Assembly: GCA_963664325.2 (NCBI GenBank)
Contig: CAXXDQ010000003.1
Span: 320,001-384,000, forward strand
Reading direction: 5' to 3'
DNA length: 64,000 bases
Origin: Desulfomonilia bacterium
GTDB taxonomy: Bacteria; Desulfobacterota; Desulfomonilia; UBA1062
The translations under genes were made by a program, and so were the position numbers. Numbering within the stretch: the first letter of the stretch is position 1; each line of letters begins with the position of its first letter. Under the pieces are notes generated by a model. The model saw only the letters and a program-made list of their open reading frames with translations, made no database searches and was not told where the DNA came from. Shown here in pieces: positions 61,244-64,000 of the stretch.

Positions 61244-63671
61244 ATGACGGATTGTCGAATTGCCGGGACTGTTTCCTGAAGAAAAAAGGTATCTTCGTCA
61301 TATCTGTTCTGGTTTGTTCATGCATTCTGGCCGGATGCGCATCGATACTCCTTAATAAAGGTTTTCCCGGCTTAATGGCGAGACTCAATACCAGGGTTAT
61401 CCGGGCGTGTAGAGGTTATCAGGGATCAGTTCGGCATTCCGCACATCTATGCGGCCAATGAAGAAGACCTGCTCATGGCGCAGGGATATGTGCACGCGCA
61501 GGACCGTCTGTGCAGATGGAGACATTCCGGCGCGTGGCGAGCGGACCCTGTCTGAAATCGGCGGCCGTGAAATGGTGGGTCTTGACCACTGGATGCGGCT
61601 GATCGGAGTTGCCAGAATCAGGGAGCTTCTGGCAAGCCCGTATCATAGATGAGCAGAAGCCGCTTGCCGAAGCGTATCTGAAAGGCATCAACACTTTCAT
61701 AGAGCAGAACAAAGACAATCTGCCCATCGAGTTTCAAAGGCTCGGCCTCGTTCCCCGGCCATGGAAGACCAAGGATCTCTATAACGTAGTCGGGAGTGAA
61801 CGCATGGTTCCTTGAGACCAATTTTGCGCAGGAGCTTGTTGCACTGGCGGGCCGTAAATATTTCGGTACGGAGGAGCTGAAAGATATTCTGCCCTCTTGG
61901 CCGGGGCCGTGCTTCGGAGGATCGGTACTTCGATTCGCTGCGCGGATTATCGTTGGGAAAATTCATTCCGGAGGTCGAAGCCCTGTACAAAATGACATCC
62001 ACATACGACGGCGTGGGCAGCAATAACTGGGTGACAAAAAAAGGTCCCGGCGGAAAACCTCTGCTTGAAAAACGATCCCCACCTTGCGCTGCTTGTACCA
62101 GGAGTATGGTACTTCTGCCATCTGGAATCGCCGGGTTACAGGGTGGCGGGCGCATCCATGGCCGGTATTCCGGGGATCATCATAGGCCACAATGACCGTC
62201 TGGCCTGGGGCTGGACCAATGTGATGACCGATGTTGCGGACCTGTATGTATTCCAGGTCGACCCGGGAGACCCGACTACCTACTATGTGAAAGGGCAGCC
62301 TTTTCGAATGCGGACCCGGGACGAAGTGTACGGCCTTCCTGACGGTTCCAGTGAAACCAGGGCGCATATACGAGACTGTTTCACGGGCCTGTAATCACGG
62401 AGGTCAGGCCCGGTATCAACGCCGTGGCCGTGCTCAAATGGTACGGGGACATTACCGGATGATAAGATCTTCGACGAGAGTGCCATCGGGTTTTTCAAAC
62501 TGAACAGGGCTCGTACCGTGCAGGAAGGTTTTGAGGCGGGCCGCCATTTCGGCCTGATCGGGCAGAACCTGGTGCTTGCCGACATTAACGGCAATATCGG
62601 CTGGCATGCATTCGGCGCGGTGCCGCTGCGCCAAAGGATATTCGGGACGGTTGCCTGCCGACGGTTCGGCTGGCGTTTGTGACTGGGTGGGATACCTGCC
62701 CTACGACAGGATGCCTTGCTCTTTCAATCCCGAAAGGGGGTTTTTATCGCGACTGCCAACAACCGTTCCGTGGGAGAAGCTTCCAGGGTATCCAATCACC
62801 TACGACTGGTGCGCCCCCTATCGCTATGGACGGATAACTCAGGTACTGGCGTCCATGAAAGAGCCGACCCCGGAGGCCTTTCAGGGAGCTTCAAAAGGAT
62901 GTCCATTCGCTTCAGGCGGATAAAATACTGCCGAAACTGAAACGGTATCAGTTTACTGACGAGAAGGCCCGGGCCGTGCAGGGCATGCTTCTTACATGGG
63001 ACCGGGAGGTCAGCGCACAGAGTGAAGGCGCTACGGTGTACGAGGTTTTTCTTACCGAGTGGGTCAGGGCCCTTCTGGAAGACGAACTCGGGGATGATCT
63101 GAATCTGTATTTACCATCTTCTGCCGGCGGCGTATCTCGTGCAGGATGTCATCCTGGACCGGCCTGATTCGCCGGTCTGGGACAGGGTCGACACTCAGGC
63201 AAGGGAGGAGCCTCAGCAGATATTGGAACTCGCCCTGAGGAAGACGTATGAGCAGCTTGAAGACCATCTGGGTCATGATGCAGGGAAATGGAATTGGGGC
63301 CGATTGCACACCTATTTCTTTGCACATCCCGGTGCGCGCAATAGGGATTGAGCATAAGCTCCTGAGCCGCGGTCCGATCCCTGCACCTGGAGACAACACA
63401 ACGGTCAATGCGGGATGTTATGATCCGGGCCTGGGCGGCTACGGGGTAATCGTGATCCCTTCGCTCAGGATGATCGCCCCGCTGGGAAATCTTGACCGGA
63501 CCACTATTGCGGGTCCTATGGGGCAATCCGGACAGCCTGGGAATCCTCATTATGATGACCTTATAAAGCCATGGATGAGCGCGGAAGGCGTACCTCTTTT
63601 TTTCAACCGGGCGGATGTGGATGCTAATGCGGCCCATCGATTGATAATTACACCGGGTCAAGCGGGGATAG
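61244..63671 (+). CDS. penicillin acylase family Ntn-hydrolase, multiply frameshifted
   Basis: [24 protein letters not shown] (Ser nucleophile), NDPHL, GHND.LAWG.TN, GQSG.P..PHYDD across frames. Confidence 0.75.
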
Positions 63672-63843
63672 AAAAGGGAATTGAAGTTGAACAACAGTTG
63701 ACTTTCATCGGCTCACTTACCATGCGCAACTGTTGCGTGCAGGTCAGATCCATATCCAGCATATACAGCTGTTGAAAACGGTTCTGACACCTTTTGCTTC
63801 CTATTGATACTGTTATCATTTTCAAGATATAATCCTCCAATCT

Positions 63844-63868
63844 GGCCGGCTTCCAGCCGGGCCTTTTA
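63844..63868 (+). terminator. possible intrinsic terminator
   Basis: GGCCGGC-ttcca-GCCGGGCC-TTTT. Confidence 0.35.
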
Positions 63869-63881
63869 AGGAGGTAAACCT

Positions 63882-64000
63882 ATGATCAGGGACAAATCCG
63901 GAAAGGTGATCAAGACCGTATTACTGGTTCTTCTCGCGCTGGATCCTGCTCGTCTGCGGTGGCGGATACACTTACTACAGGTGCATGATCAACGGCCCGC
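63882..64000 (+). CDS. 5' end of an exported or membrane protein; runs off window
   Basis: AAGGAGG SD, ATG 63882, basic then hydrophobic N-terminus. Confidence 0.4.
   Translation, partial: MIRDKSGKVIKTVLLVLLALDPARLRWRIHLLQVHDQRP

Noticed and set aside
63658-63840. 60-aa minus-strand ORF
   Set aside because: No recognisable motif, overlaps the acylase end and lies in the error-prone region

Overview
A 64-kb chromosomal window from a Gram-negative bacterium, most likely Desulfobacterota/Deltaproteobacteria (inferred from ispE-spoVG-prs, DUF1844-degP and lpxC-ntrY-ntrX synteny). The left half (1-31.8 kb) is mostly housekeeping but has several oddities. One co-directional minus-strand run, glgA > divergent dnaA paralogue > GH13 > 1218-aa GlmS > glmM > GlmU acetyltransferase-only ORF, places a replication-initiator homologue among glycogen and amino-sugar genes. 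A decayed tRNA-like sequence sits at the usual tRNA-Gln position before prs, and there is an archaeal-type asparagine synthetase (AS-AR). The middle (32-38 kb) holds two Cys-motif GMC oxidoreductases with a small partner subunit, a SRPBCC protein and an SPFH protein. The right half is accessory: GH36 plus MFS, IS remnants, a tandem MFP-RND-MFP-RND-OMF efflux locus, a GH51 with an extra N-terminal domain and a structured leader, DUF1015, a phosphatase and a penicillin-acylase-family gene. From about 52.5 kb onward many genes carry single-base insertions, most likely read or consensus errors. No rRNA, intact tRNA, CRISPR array or prophage was seen. All calls come from reading motifs by eye; no database searches were run.
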